Of a DNA stretch of 64,000 nt, positions 1 through 11,692 are shown in pieces. The translations under genes and the position numbers were made by a program. Numbering within the stretch: position 1 is the first letter of the stretch; each line of letters opens with the position of its first letter. The notes under the pieces were generated by a model. It searched no databases, was not told the DNA's origin, and was given only the letters and a program-made list of their open reading frames with translations. The stretch comes from Macrostomum lignano (Eukaryota), in the NCBI GenBank assembly GCA_002269645.1, contig NIVC01003770.1, positions 13,715 to 77,714 on the forward strand, in the 5' to 3' direction.

Positions 1-485
1 ATGGTTTGAATGTAAATAATATGTTTTTTAGTGCTCAAAAAACTCCCATGAAGGACATTGTGATTGTGATCACAGTAAAAGCATTCAGAATACCCTGAGC
101 TAATCAGCGCCTGACTGTCGGGGATATCCCGGGTTCATTGATTCGGTCGTGTTCTTCTCGCCCACGAAGGCCAACCTCCAGAGCACAGAGTGTGTACACT
201 GCCTGATATTTCGCATTGATAACAACTCTATTCAGGCTACTTGAGTCAGTAGAAAGTTAAGCGCTAACACAGCGACTCTGATACGATTCTTCAACGCCTC
301 TCCGTCGCATTTATACAGTCGTTTGAACCGTTAAAAAATCACAAGAGTCGCCCTAGAGTTGCCAGAGTCGCTAGTGAGCTGTTTGCAATGACTCTTTAGC
401 AATCCTGGTCACGGTAACGTTTTCAATAATCAGATACTCGCACAGATACTGCATCAAATCAGCAAAAAAGCGCTCAACAGCTCAC

Positions 486-1080
486 CTGGAACACTGTAAT
501 CAGCGACTGCCAGAAGGAGTCAAAATTGCTTCGCGGCTTCTCCGAAGTTTCAAAGTTGAATTTGCCGCCAAACAGCTGCATGCCGAGCAGCGCGAAGATC
601 ACAATGAACAGAAACAGCAGCAGCAGCAGGGAGGCGATGCTCTTGATCGAAGCCAACAGCGATGCAACCAGATTCCTGAGCGAACTCCAGTACCGGGTCA
701 CCTTGAACACTCGCAGCAGTCTGGCGCACCTGAGCACAGAGATTCCCAGGTTAGGCATGACATTCGTCTCAGTCAAGGCCACCTCGGTCAGCGACGCGAT
801 CACGACAAAGAAGTCGAATTTGTTAAACAAGAAGCTGTAATAGGTGCGAATGCCAAGCGAGTACATTTTCAGCAGCATCTCAAAGGTGAACATGGCTACA
901 AAAGCGTAATTGGCTTTGTTCTGAAAGTTCTCCAGCCAAAGCGGCTGATCGTAGAACTGGGTGGCCAGCACCCCCGTGTTGCAGAACACCAGCACGATGA
1001 TCGTCCAGTAGGCCACCTGCGACTTCACGCAGCGACGGCAGAAGCGGCGGCAGCGGCGGTTCCACTTGTTGAATGCGCGG
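486..1080 (-). CDS. Cav1: Cav1 exon 8 (end of I-II linker, IIS1-IIS5, start of domain II P-loop)
   Basis: Acceptor TTCTTCAG|C. Reads [25 protein letters not shown]...[30 protein letters not shown]...[11 protein letters not shown]...[16 protein letters not shown]. Donor CAG|GTGAG. The next exon (ILTGEDW) is not in the window. Confidence 0.95.
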
Positions 1081-1132
1081 CTGAAGAATGAAGCAGAGCG
1101 GTGTGGAAGAGTCGCTGCGGCTCAGCTAGAGG

Positions 1133-2048
1133 CTGTCTGTCACCCTGTTTGTCATCCTGTCTGTCATCCTGTCTGTCACTCTGTCTGTCACCCTGTCTGT
1201 CACCCTGTCTGTCACCCTCTCTGTCACCCTGTCTGTCATCCTGTCTGTCATCCTGTCTGTCATCCTGTCTGTCACCCTGTCTGTAACCCTGTCTGTCACC
1301 CTGTCTGTCATCCTGTCTGTCACCCTGTCTGTCACCCTGTCTATCACCCTGTCATTCACCCTGTCTGTCACCCTGTCTGTCACCCGGTCGGCGGTCTGTA
1401 ACCCTGTTTGTCCTCCTGTCTGTCACCCTGTTCGTCCCCCTGTCTGTCATCCGGTCTGTAACCCTGTCTGTCATCCTGTCTGTCACCCTGTTTATCCCAC
1501 TGTTTGTCCCCCTCTGTCACCCGGTCTGTCACCCTGTCTGTCATACTGCCTGTCATCTGTTTGTCCCCCTGTCTGTCAGCCTGTTTGTCACCCGATCTGT
1601 CACCCTGTTTGTCACCCGATCTGTCACCCTGTCTGTCACCCTGTCTGTCACCCTGTCAGTCACCCTGTCTGTCACCCTATCTGTCACTCTGTCTGTCATA
1701 CTGCCTAGTCATCTGTTTGTCCCCTGTCTGTCACCCTGTTTGTCACCCGATCTGTCACCCTGTCTGTCACCATGTCTGTCACCCTGTTTGTCACCCGATC
1801 TGTCACCCTGTCTGTCACCATGTCTGTCACCCTGTTTGTCACACTCTTTGTCCCCCTTCTGTCGCCCGATCTGTCACCCTGTCTGTCACCCTGTCTGCCA
1901 CCCTGTCTGTCACCCTGTCTGCCATCCTGTCTGTCACCCCGTCTGTCAACGTATTTGTCACAATGTCTGTCACCCTGTTTGTCACCCTGTCTGTCACCCT
2001 GTCTGCCACCCTATCTGTCTCCCTGTCTGTCACCCAGTCTGTCACCCC
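1133..2048. repeat. 12-bp minisatellite (CTGTCTGTCACC)n, degenerate
   Basis: Direct reading. Source of the 'CHPV/SVTL/TDRV' ORFs. Confidence 0.95.
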
Positions 2049-2825
2049 GCTTACACAATATTATGAAGGATTCCGTGCTGTCCAGCCTCAGGATTCGAAC
2101 TCGTGCCCTCATCGTTTTTCTCATTCGTGTCGGACTCGTCTGGCAGATTTTCTTAGAAATTGATATTAAAATGAAAAAAATTAGTTATTTTTCCCCGTTC
2201 AGACGCAGAAATTCAAACAAAAATTTACGAGCGATCCGTAAAACTCCGAACACCAACAGAATAATTTATACTACTACAGTATAATTTATTAACTGAGTAG
2301 TGTCAACAATTCGGTACTGTTAATTTGAAAGTTTCAAAAAAGAAAAGAGAAATAAAAAAGCTAAACTTGTGAGAATGCACATATTTTACATTGTGATCGT
2401 ATTCGACTACTCACAGTGGCAGTTAAGAAAAAATGCATGCTTTATTCTAAACTTAACGGGAACATTGAATGTACAAAGAAAATTAAAATAAAATTTCTGA
2501 TAACATGGCTTGGGAATTTCGTTGCTGTTACAGCTGTTTTGCAACAACATTCGTACGGTGCGATGCAGTTTAACAAATACGAGCTATATATATAATTTAC
2601 TCCTTGTACCTCAGCTAATCAGCCGATTTATCGTTTAACTAATTCAGTAATTAGCTCTAATTAATGTATATAGCTGATTAATTTAGCAAACAAAAATGGA
2701 AGTATATTTATAATGCATTTCTTATTTCGTATCCCTTGACCGTGCGATACAAGCAAGACGGAGATGAACTCCTAGAAACGGCGGGTGAACTCTGCCTGTT
2801 GCTTTGTACTTTGTTTTTGCTTTGT

Positions 2826-3065
2826 CTTTATGCATTTCTGTCTGTCCTTCTACCTGTCCCTTCTGTCTGTCCTTCTACCTGTCAATTCTGTCCTTCTACC
2901 TGTCCATTCTGTCTGTCTTTGCATCATTCTGTCTGTCTTTGCATCATTCTGTCTGTCTTTACATCCTTGTGTCTGTCTTTCTGTCTGTCTTTGCGTCCTT
3001 CTGTCTGTCTTTACATCCTTGTGCCTCTGTCTTTCTGTCTGTCTTTGCGTCCTTTTGTCTCTCCT
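2826..3065. repeat. Degenerate pyrimidine-rich (TCTG/TCTT) repeat
   Basis: Direct reading. Confidence 0.8.
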
Positions 3066-3176
3066 TTTTTGTCACTGCTGCCTGTCTGCAATGTCCTTTT
3101 CGGTCCCGTTTCGATCCTCTTCTACCCTAGGCAGCTCTCAAACTGGAGTTCATCTTCATGGTCAAACAAAACTCAC

Positions 3177-3201
3177 GATGTGCGAAGTAGTGTCAGTGAC
3201 T
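3177..3201 (-). CDS. Cav1: Cav1 exon 7: predicted 25-nt micro-exon (K)SLTLLRT(S)
   Basis: TGTTTAG|AGTCACTGACACTACTTCGCACATC|GTGAGT. Converts phase 1 to phase 2, which is required to join exon 6 to exon 8 in frame. Confidence 0.6.
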
Positions 3202-3714
3202 CTAAACATGGTGTAGCGCTATTGCAGATAGACATAATTTGCAGCGTGCAAGGTGTTGTGATAAAGGAACATTTTCCAAATTTAAAATTTTGCTTGATTT
3301 CCAACTAATAGCGATAGCTCGTACTATCAACCACCAGCGGCAGACCTAATCAGGCGGATGTCCTATTCTTTAGTTCTGTTTGTATCGATTAATTAATTCT
3401 CACTTTTAATGCGTTTCCGGCGCCTTCTGATTGCCTTAATGGCGGGGTCAGCTGCGGTGTCAGCCTCCTTGCCTGCTCGATGAGAGACAAAATCAAAAAA
3501 AAATTGTTTAAAACTGTGTTGCTTATTTTTGCTTCAAATGTTTTTCTTCTGGAGTTCAGCTGAAACACAACTTTGAAACACATATTTTAAAAACTCACTC
3601 AATTAAAACAAATATAAAAACACAGTTTGATAAAACAAAAGCTTGTGTTAAGTCACTAATTAGAACAAATATATGGGCTACAAACCAAAGCCTACTGTAT
3701 AGTATCAGTACGAT

Positions 3715-4080
3715 AAATATATATACTATCTACTATATACTATATACTATATACTATATACTATGTATATATACTACTATTAGTATACTACTAATTGCAT
3801 ACTACTGTCAATATATATTTACTGTCAGTACGAGCGTATACTATTATTTATGTATTACTATCTATATACTATTTGTATAATACTATCTATATATAGTAGT
3901 ATCTGTAGACAACTATACTACTACTACATGTAGCTATATACACCTATTTGTATACTTACAAATACCTACAAACTACTATTTTTATACTACTATCTATATA
4001 CTACTATATATATATCCTGCTATTTATATACTACTATCTACATACTACTATTGTATACTACTATCTATATACTACTATCT
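3715..4080. repeat. AT-rich low-complexity (TACTA/TATA)-type repeat
   Basis: Direct reading. Confidence 0.8.
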
Positions 4081-4434
4081 AGTAGTCCTTAGCTAAAACA
4101 GTTACAGGCTTAGCTGGTGTGTTAGTTCAAGCTTTAAACTAAGTTTGAATTTAGAAAAAACCAACAGATTATAAATCAAATTAATAACGTAACTAAAATT
4201 TCAACGCCAACGGAAGTGCTCTACGAAACAATGGGATAAATCTTAGTAGCACTTTAAAGAGAGTACCCTGTTGAGTCGGAGAGTGCCGGTCTGAAATACA
4301 TTTGTTTTACCGGAGTCAAATTGTTTCTAAGAAAAATTTCAGTCAGTCACGCCTTTGCGGGTAAAAAACAGGCCGCGGAAGCCGGTTTGCCGACTGTGGA
4401 AAAAATTGAGTTTCAAAATTCAACCAAGACTCAC

Positions 4435-4482
4435 TTCTGCTCTCGTCCTCCTCCTCGTCCCCTTCATCGTCTGAGAGATCCT
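4435..4482 (-). CDS. Cav1: Cav1 exon 6: 48-nt acidic linker exon (E)DLSDDEGDEEEDESR
   Basis: Acceptor TTATTTTCAG|AG, donor AGA A|GTGAGT. Phase 1 at both ends; completes TA(E)|D as in vertebrate QAE|DID. Confidence 0.8.
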
Positions 4483-4537
4483 CTGAAAATAAATTTTAAC
4501 TTTTTTTGTTGGCAATGACCAGAAAAACACAGCAAGG

Positions 4538-5618
4538 GATCCCAGATCCTAGATCCCAGAGCCTAGATCCCAGATCCTAGATCCCAGATCCTAGATCCCA
4601 GAGCCTAGATCCCAGATCCTAGATCCCAGAGCCTAGATCCCAGATCCTAGATCCCAGATCCTAGATCCCAGATCCTAGATCCCAGATCCTAGATCCTAGA
4701 TCCTAGATCCCAGATCCTAGATCCCAGATCCTAGATCCCAGATCCTAGATCCCAGATCCTAGATCCCAGATCCTAGATCCCAGATCCTAGATCCCAGATC
4801 CTAGATCCCAGATCCTAGATCCCAGATCCTAGATCCCAGATCCTAGATCCCAGATCCTAGATCCTAGATCCTAGATCCCAGATCCTAGATCCCAGATCCT
4901 AGATCCCAGATCCTAGATCCCAGATCCTAGATCCCAGATCCTAGATCCCAGATCCTAGATCCCAGATCCTAGATCCCAGATCCTAGATCCCAGATCCTAG
5001 ATCCCAGATCCTAGATCCCAGATCCTAGATCCCAGATCCTAGATCCCAGATCCTAGATCCCAGATCCTAGATCCCAGATCCTAGATCCCAGATCCTAGAT
5101 CCCAGATCCTAGATCCCAGATCCTAGATCCCAGATCCTAGATCCCAGATCCTAGATCCCAGATCCTAGATCCTAGATCCTAGATCCCAGATCCTAGATCC
5201 CAGATCCTAGATCCCAGATCCTAGATCCCAGATCCTAGATCCCAGATCCTAGATCCCAGATCCTAGATCCCAGATCCTAGATCCCAGATCCTAGATCCCA
5301 GATCCTAGATCCCAGATCCTAGATCCCAGATCCTAGATCCCAGATCCTAGATCCCAGATCCTAGATCCCAGATCCTAGATCCCAGATCCTAGATCCCAGA
5401 TCCTAGATCCCAGATCCTAGATCCCAGATCCTAGATCCCAGATCCTAGATCCCAGATCCTAGATCCCAGATCCTAGATCCCAGATCCTAGATCCCAGATC
5501 CTAGATCCCAGATCCTAGATCCCAGATCCTAGATCCCAGATCCTAGATCCCAGATCCTAGATCCCAGATCCTAGATCCCAGATCCTAGATCCCAGATCCT
5601 AGATCCCAGATCCTAGAT
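4538..5618. repeat. 14-bp minisatellite (AGATCCCAGATCCT)n, near-perfect
   Basis: Fills almost all of the intron between Cav1 exons 5 and 6. Confidence 0.98.
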
Positions 5619-5645
5619 TTGGGAATCCGGTCATGCAGTCCTTAC

Positions 5646-5761
5646 CGGCCGTCAGAATCCATTCCATATAGCCATTGTAGTCCTCTTCGAATTTCATTCT
5701 CTCTCGTTGCTTATGAAACTTGCCCTTCTTTTTTGCTTTCTCGCGTTCTTTTGAAAACTCT
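5646..5761 (-). CDS. Cav1: Cav1 exon 5 (I-II linker with AID): [38 protein letters not shown]
   Basis: Translated by hand. Acceptor TTTGCAG|A GAG TTT completes GG+A = Gly (LSG|EFS). Donor GCC G|GTAAG. Confidence 0.93.
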
Positions 5762-5974
5762 CTGCAAATTTAAGCAGGAAAAGCAAGGCATATTAATTGA
5801 AAATAACCTAATCATAAACCCATCTGTCTTAAAAGTTCAATCGCTCACAAAATTACGCTTGTCTCAAAGTATAACTGTTTCAAAATTAACCCCATCTCAA
5901 AAGTACATTTGCTTACAAGTGTACCTGTCTTAAATTATGACAATTTTTAAGTACACTTAATTGTCTTTAAAGTG

Positions 5975-6230
5975 CATTAGCTTTAAAGTACATTTCTTGA
6001 AATTGCATTTGGTCTAAAGTAACATTTGCTCTAAAGCAAATCTGCTCTAAAGTGCACCTGTCTCAAAAGTACATCTGCTCTAAAGTGCACCTGTCTCAAA
6101 AGTACATTTGCTCTAAAGTAAATTTGCTCTAAAGTACATTTGCTCTAAAGTACATTTGCTCTAAAGTTCATTTGCTCTAAAGTACACCTGTATTAAAGTA
6201 TGACTCTTAAAGTACATCTACTTCAACAGT
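5975..6230. repeat. About 16-bp minisatellite (AAAGTACATTTGCTCT)n
   Basis: Direct reading. Confidence 0.85.
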
Positions 6231-6299
6231 GTAGAACTCTCAAAGCATACAAGTCTCAACAATGCTCTCCCTTCAACCGCCCCGGCCACGCGGACTCAC

Positions 6300-6681
6300 C
6301 CGCTGAGAACACCGAGCACCAAGTTCATGACAAAGAACGATCCCAGAATGATGAGACTGACAAAGTACATCCAAGCAAACTCTGGTCCCATACTGTCTGT
6401 CACATAGTACATGACATCTGTCCAGCCCTCCATAGTGATGCACTGGAACACTGTGAGCATAGCCAGGCCAATATTATCAAAGTTGGTGATGCCAGAGTTC
6501 GGACCCTCCCAGCGCTCAGTGATGCCGGGCTTGGGGCGCCAGTGCTTGTCTGACGGGTTGGCATCGAAGCAGGTCCAGTTCTCGCGCTCAGTCTCCTGGT
6601 AGTCCACACCGATGCAGTTCCAGCCCTTCAGCTCCTCCGCTGGACGGCTGTCGCAGGGTTGGGCGTCGTCGTGAATCGTCC
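6300..6681 (-). CDS. Cav1: Cav1 exon 4 (domain I extracellular loop, pore loop, IS6)
   Basis: [35 protein letters not shown] (domain I filter Glu) ...[15 protein letters not shown]. Acceptor GTGCAG|GG, donor AGC GG|GTGAGT, phase 2. Confidence 0.95.
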
Positions 6682-6719
6682 CTGCACGAGCATTGAGGGG
6701 GGGGGGGCTTTTTAAAAAC

Positions 6720-7088
6720 AAGTCACCCCAACAATCTGGTAGTGAGTCACCCCAACAAACTGAAAGTGGGTCATCCCAAAAATCTGGTAGTGAGTCACCC
6801 CAACAAACTGAAAGTGGGTCATCCCAAAAATCTGGTAGTGAGTCACCCCAACAAACTGAAAGTGGGTCATCCCAAAAATCTGGTAGTGAGTCACCCCAAC
6901 AAACTGAAAGTGGGTCATCCCAAAAATCTGGTAGTGAGTCACCCCAACAATCTGGTAGTGAGTCACCCCAACAATCTGGTAGTGAGTCACCCCAACAATC
7001 TGGAAGTGAGTCACCCCAACAATCTGGAAGTGAGTCACTTAAGCAATCTGAAAGTGATTCAGCCGAATCTGGAAGTGAGTCACCCTGT
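6720..7088. repeat. 24-bp minisatellite (AGTGAGTCACCCCAACAATCTGGT)n with a 48-bp dimer variant
   Basis: Direct reading. Confidence 0.92.
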
Positions 7089-7445
7089 CTTCAATCCCCG
7101 CTTGCCACGCACATTTCTTTGGTACGGCAAGCAAAATAGTACACAGTGTCCTAGCATGGGATGTAGGCTCGTATTACTAAGAAACTGAAAGGACGCCAAC
7201 ATTATTCAAACGAAGCCAGCGCCTGCCATCATTAGCGATGGTGGCCGGTAGAGCCGGTAGAGCCGGTAGAGGCAGAAGAACAGCTGCATGGCTACCCGGA
7301 TAGGACTGGAAAAAGGCGTTCGGTATGGGCCTTTGTACGGGCTATGAAGGTATTGAAGGCCTCAGCCAGGTGAGAGGAGAGTGGCGAAGAAGTGAAATAG
7401 AAGAGGCCTAAAGCTTGCAATAGGTCCCCTAAATGGCTTAACATA

Positions 7446-8764
7446 CGAGGGGTGATCAAAAAGTTCTGCAACCTTTTGTTATAGCTTTTAGTTATAGAAT
7501 CAGCAAAAGCCAAAAACTTACACATATGCGGCTATATCTGTTTGCTATATTTATATGCATTTTTGGCTTCCAAATGTGCTCCAGTAAAATTTCACAGCCA
7601 TATATTTTCCATGTGTTTTCAGTAGCTGATGGAAACATCAAAAGACAGTGTTCGCTTCTATATCTTTATGTGCATGCAACTTGGTTGCAAAGTGACAGAG
7701 ATTCACACCATGTTTTGTGAATGTTTTAGCTGACTCTGCTCCATCATTTGACACAGTTGCCTGCTGGCTGCGCCATTTCTTGGAAGGCTGGGACAGCTTC
7801 AACGATGAACCAAGGTCTGGCCGACCCCGGACATCCGTGACCGAAGATGTCGTGGCCCATGCCGATGCAATAATTCATGAGGATTGGAGCTTTTTGCTAA
7901 GATTCATTGCCTATGAGCTTGGTGTCAGCTATGGAAGTGCTCATAACATCATGCATGAGCAACTAGGCCGCACAAAGACCTGCGCTCGGTGGGTACCCCA
8001 TCTTCTCACTCCGGAGCAGCAAGCAGAGAGGGTGCGCATCTGTCGCTTGTGGCTGCAAATGTTTGAGCCCCACGGCCCACGACAACTGTCAGATGTCATC
8101 ACAGGAGACAAATGTTGTATCTCCTTCTTTACCATGAGGGATAAGCAGTCCAACATGGTCTGGCTGGCAGAAGATGAGCCAAGGCCTGAGGTGCTGAAGA
8201 CCGGATTCCGCAGTCGGAAGCGGATGTTCACCATTTTTTTCAACTCTCAGGGTGTTGTATCGGTGAACATCCTTCCAGCGGGTGCCACAGTGACTGCCAG
8301 GTACTACACAGACACTGTTCTGCCAGGCGTGCTGCAGGAGCGGCAGGAACGTGCGCGAACCAGGCATGGACCTCGACTCCTGCTGCACCATGACAATGCG
8401 GCACCGCACAGAGCGGCATCAACCATGGCGTACCTGGAGCAGCAGGGGGTCCGGCTGCTGCCCCATCCACCCTACTCTCTAGACCTAGCACCTTCCGACT
8501 TTTGGCTGTTCCCGAGGATCAAATCCGTCGTTTCTGGGAGGCCGTTTTCACGCATGCAAGACCTTGCCCAAGCGGTACATTCAGCTCTACAGGGTATACC
8601 AACTTTGGAGTACCATGACTGCTTTCAGACATGGTGCACACGGATGCGACGGTGCATAGATAGTGGTGGAAAGTACTTTAAGGGAATGTGACACTGATTA
8701 GACGCCTCGGCTGCTGCAGCACAGAGTTGTGAGGTCACTTGCAGAACTTTTTGATCACCCCTCG
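7446..8764 (+). mobile_element. Full-length mariner (Tc1/mariner, DD34D) DNA transposon in Cav1 intron 3, antisense to the host gene
   Basis: Perfect 26-bp TIRs CGAGGGGTGATCAAAAAGTTCTGCAA (7446-7471 and 8739-8764) and TA duplications at 7444-45 and 8765-66. 1319 bp long. Confidence 0.95.
7629..8691 (+). pseudogene. Mariner transposase, frameshifted
   Basis: ATG 7629 (METSKDSVRFYIFMCMQLG...) shifts frame in a T-run near 7712-7716. Motifs present: PRSGRP, WVPHLL, TGD(KC), HDNAAPH, YSLDLAPSD, with 34 residues between the 2nd and 3rd Asp. TGDE-W and YSPDL are altered. Confidence 0.9.
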
Positions 8765-9204
8765 TACATTGTCCAGACGAGGCGCGAACATGGGGCGGTT
8801 GGTAGGTTGGGGAAGGGGATTAGCCAAACCTGACCAATTGCAGCCACTCCTGTCTACATCTGGGATCAGAAAATATCAGGCAGGGAGTTCGGAGGTGCAG
8901 ACTGGGGGCGGGACGCACTCCCTATCCCATGCAGACATAAGACTTATTCGTTAAAGGTCGGCCACGCTTTGGTCAGTGTGTTTTTTGAAGTCGGACTGCG
9001 CGGAAATCTGCATGCTGGGAAAGTGCCACGTTCTGGTGAATCATTTGGCTGCTGGCACACTTGCGGGGAACTGCTGGTAATGAACGGGAAATTCTAATTG
9101 AATATTACGAGCGTAAGAGATGCAGACAGCTTGCACTTGCTTTCTCCACTCCCTTCTCAATGCCGTCTCAACTCGTCGAAATTTTCACGACATTTGAAAT
9201 ATCT

Positions 9205-9640
9205 ACTTGTCGATTGCTCATCTTGTTGATTTCACATCTTGTCGATGTCTAGTTTTGTCGATTTCTCATCTTGTCGATTTCTCATATCCTGTCGATTTCT
9301 CGCCTTGTCGAATTCGCATCTTGTCGATTCATCATCTTGCCCATTTTTAACCTTGTCGATTTCTTATCTTGTCGATTTCTTATCTTGTCGATTTTTAATC
9401 TTGTCGATTTTTAATCTTGTCGATTTCTAATATTGTCGATTTCTCATCTTGTCGATTTACCATCCAGTCGATTTCTCATCTTGTAGATTTACCATCCAGT
9501 CGATTTCTCATCTTGTAGATTTACCATCCAGTCGATTTCTCATCTTGTAGATTTACCATCCAGTCGATTTCTCATCTTGTAGATTTACCATCCAGTCGAT
9601 TTCTCATCTTGTCGATTTACCATCCAGTCGATTTCTCATC
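9205..9640. repeat. 16-bp (CTTGTCGATTTCTCAT)n array grading into a 32-bp dimer
   Basis: Direct reading. Confidence 0.9.
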
Positions 9641-10520
9641 TCGTAAAATTTTCTGCTAGACTAATTTCGTACTTTTATACAATACTTTCATAAAGTTAAT
9701 AAATCAGCAGGCATAGATAGGCCCACTCCTTTAGAATTGAGAACAATTGAGCCAAGGAAATTTCATCCCCCCCCCAGACCCCTCTCCCCCGTTTGCTAAG
9801 GTTCGCTCGGAGCCCCTCTACACCTGAATTTTATTGCCGCCGCGTACCCCCCGAGTCCCCCTCACCAACCCCAAGCCCCCGCGTCGGCCTGAGCCCGAAG
9901 AAGTCTGTTCTCAGGTCACGAACACGGCGAGAGCGCCAACCCCCTTCCTTGCAGAGCCCCGTAGTGGTCATCAACGCAGCGGCACTGATACAGCAGTCAC
10001 TCACCCATCTTCTGCTTCTGCTCTGTGTAACTAGCATCGCTAATCCCCACTCCCCCTCTCTCCCGCTGCTCTTGAGCCTCTTGAGATAGTGCTCACAGCT
10101 CAATGAGCAGTTTCTCGCAGACTTAACCTAGCGATATAAGAGAAAAACTAGGAGAAGAAGACACTTGAAGCCAAATTCTTAAGTTCGAGTCTTCTTTTAG
10201 GCAAAAAAGCTTCCTGGGTAACTCTTATTTTCACCTGAGCTCATCTAAATCATTTCTGCTCCGCCTGCTTTACTCAACTGCTCAAGCGAAGCCTGCGAGG
10301 TCAATTAAAAACTGTTCGTTGAGTTAATTTCCACTGAGCTAATAGTTGGATAAATGGCACTTCTAAACCTTTAAACGAATAGATAGAAGTATATATATAT
10401 ATTAGTAGTAGAACAAGAATTCTTCACTCTAACTTTGAAAGATCACTCTGGAACTATAGAAACATCACTGTAAAAGTGTCGTTCTGCAACTAAAGCATTA
10501 TACTACTGTACGAGTAAAAA

Positions 10521-11142
10521 TGACACTCTGGAACCAGAACCGTCACTCTACTGTAGTAGTGTCACTCTGGAACCAGAATCGTCACTCTACTATAGTAGTG
10601 TCACTCTGGAACCAGAATCGTCACTCTACTATAGTAGTGTCACTCTGGAACCAGAATCGTCACTCTACTATAGTAGTGTCACTCTGGAACCAAAACCGTC
10701 ACTCTACTGTAGTAGTGTCACTCTGGAACCAGAACCGTCACTCTACTATAACAGTGTCACTCTGGAACCAGAACCGTCACTCTACTGTAGTAGTGTCACT
10801 CTGGAACCAGAACCGTCACTCTACTATAGCAGTGTCACTCTGGAACCAGAACCGTTACTCTACTATAGTAGTGTCACTCTGGAACCAGAACCGTCACTCT
10901 ACTATAGCAGTGTCACTCTGTAACCAGAACCGTCACTCTACTATAGTAGTGTCACTCTGGAACCAGAACCGTCACTCTACTATAGTAGTGTCACTCTGGA
11001 ACCAGAACCGTCACTCTACTGTAGTAGTGTCACTCTGGAACCAGAACCGTCACTCTACTATAGCAGTGTCACTCTGGAACCAGAACCGTCACTCTACTAT
11101 AGCAGTGTCACTCTGGAACCAGAACCGTCACTCTACTGTAGC
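10521..11142. repeat. 39-bp minisatellite (GTCACTCTGGAACCAGAACCGTCACTCTACTATAGTAGT)n
   Basis: Direct reading. Source of the 'SLWNQNRHSTIVV' ORF. Confidence 0.95.
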
Positions 11143-11207
11143 AATGCATTAGCACAACAACCAGCACATGAAATTCTGCTAACAAAAATAAAACAGAATC
11201 AGCTCAC

Positions 11208-11621
11208 ATATCCGGGTCACGTGATTCTGCTTGTAGCAGGCGCCGTGCAGCTTCCCTGAGAACATCTCCAAGCCGATGATGGCGTAGATGAGTATCACAA
11301 ACAGTACGAGCAGGGCGATGTGCAGCAGCGGCAGCATTGCCCGCATGATTGAGTTGAGCACCACCTGGAGGCTGGGCATCCCGGACACGAGGCGCAACGG
11401 TCTCAGCACTCGAAATGCCCGCAACGCTTTGATGTCCAGGGTGTTTGGCGACACTACCCTCTGCAGCAGGATGCTGATCAGGCCAATTACAACTATGACA
11501 AAGTCCAGCACATTCCAGAAGTTTCTAAGATACGCGTTCTGATCCATCACGAAGCCCTGAGCAATGATCTTCAAGCAGCACTCGCGGTGAAGATGCCAGT
11601 GAACACCAGCTCCAGCTTCTC
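11208..11621 (-). CDS. Cav1: Cav1 exon 3 (IS2-IS5), with an apparent 1-nt deletion near 11584
   Basis: Acceptor CATTGCAG|GAG. Reads [12 protein letters not shown](A)[12 protein letters not shown]...[30 protein letters not shown]...[14 protein letters not shown]. Only 2 nt lie between the ACC and GAG codons at 11584-11585. Donor ATA T|GTGAGC, phase 1. Confidence 0.92.
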
Positions 11622-11692
11622 CTGCAATGGGGTGGCCTCGCTTTGTTGCAGACTGCAGCTTCTGGCTTTGAGAGCTTTCATTTTATTTGGCC

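Noticed and set aside
2065-2150. B-box-like GAGTTCGAATCC on the minus strand with a nearby hammerhead-like CAGACGAGTCC
   Set aside because: No cloverleaf or clear A-box. The hammerhead core needs CTGANGA, a closed stem II and GAAA, which are not present. At most a SINE remnant.
7300-7420. DWKKAFG peptide resembling a reverse-transcriptase motif just left of the mariner
   Set aside because: A single short match preceded by a stop codon, with no other RT motifs.
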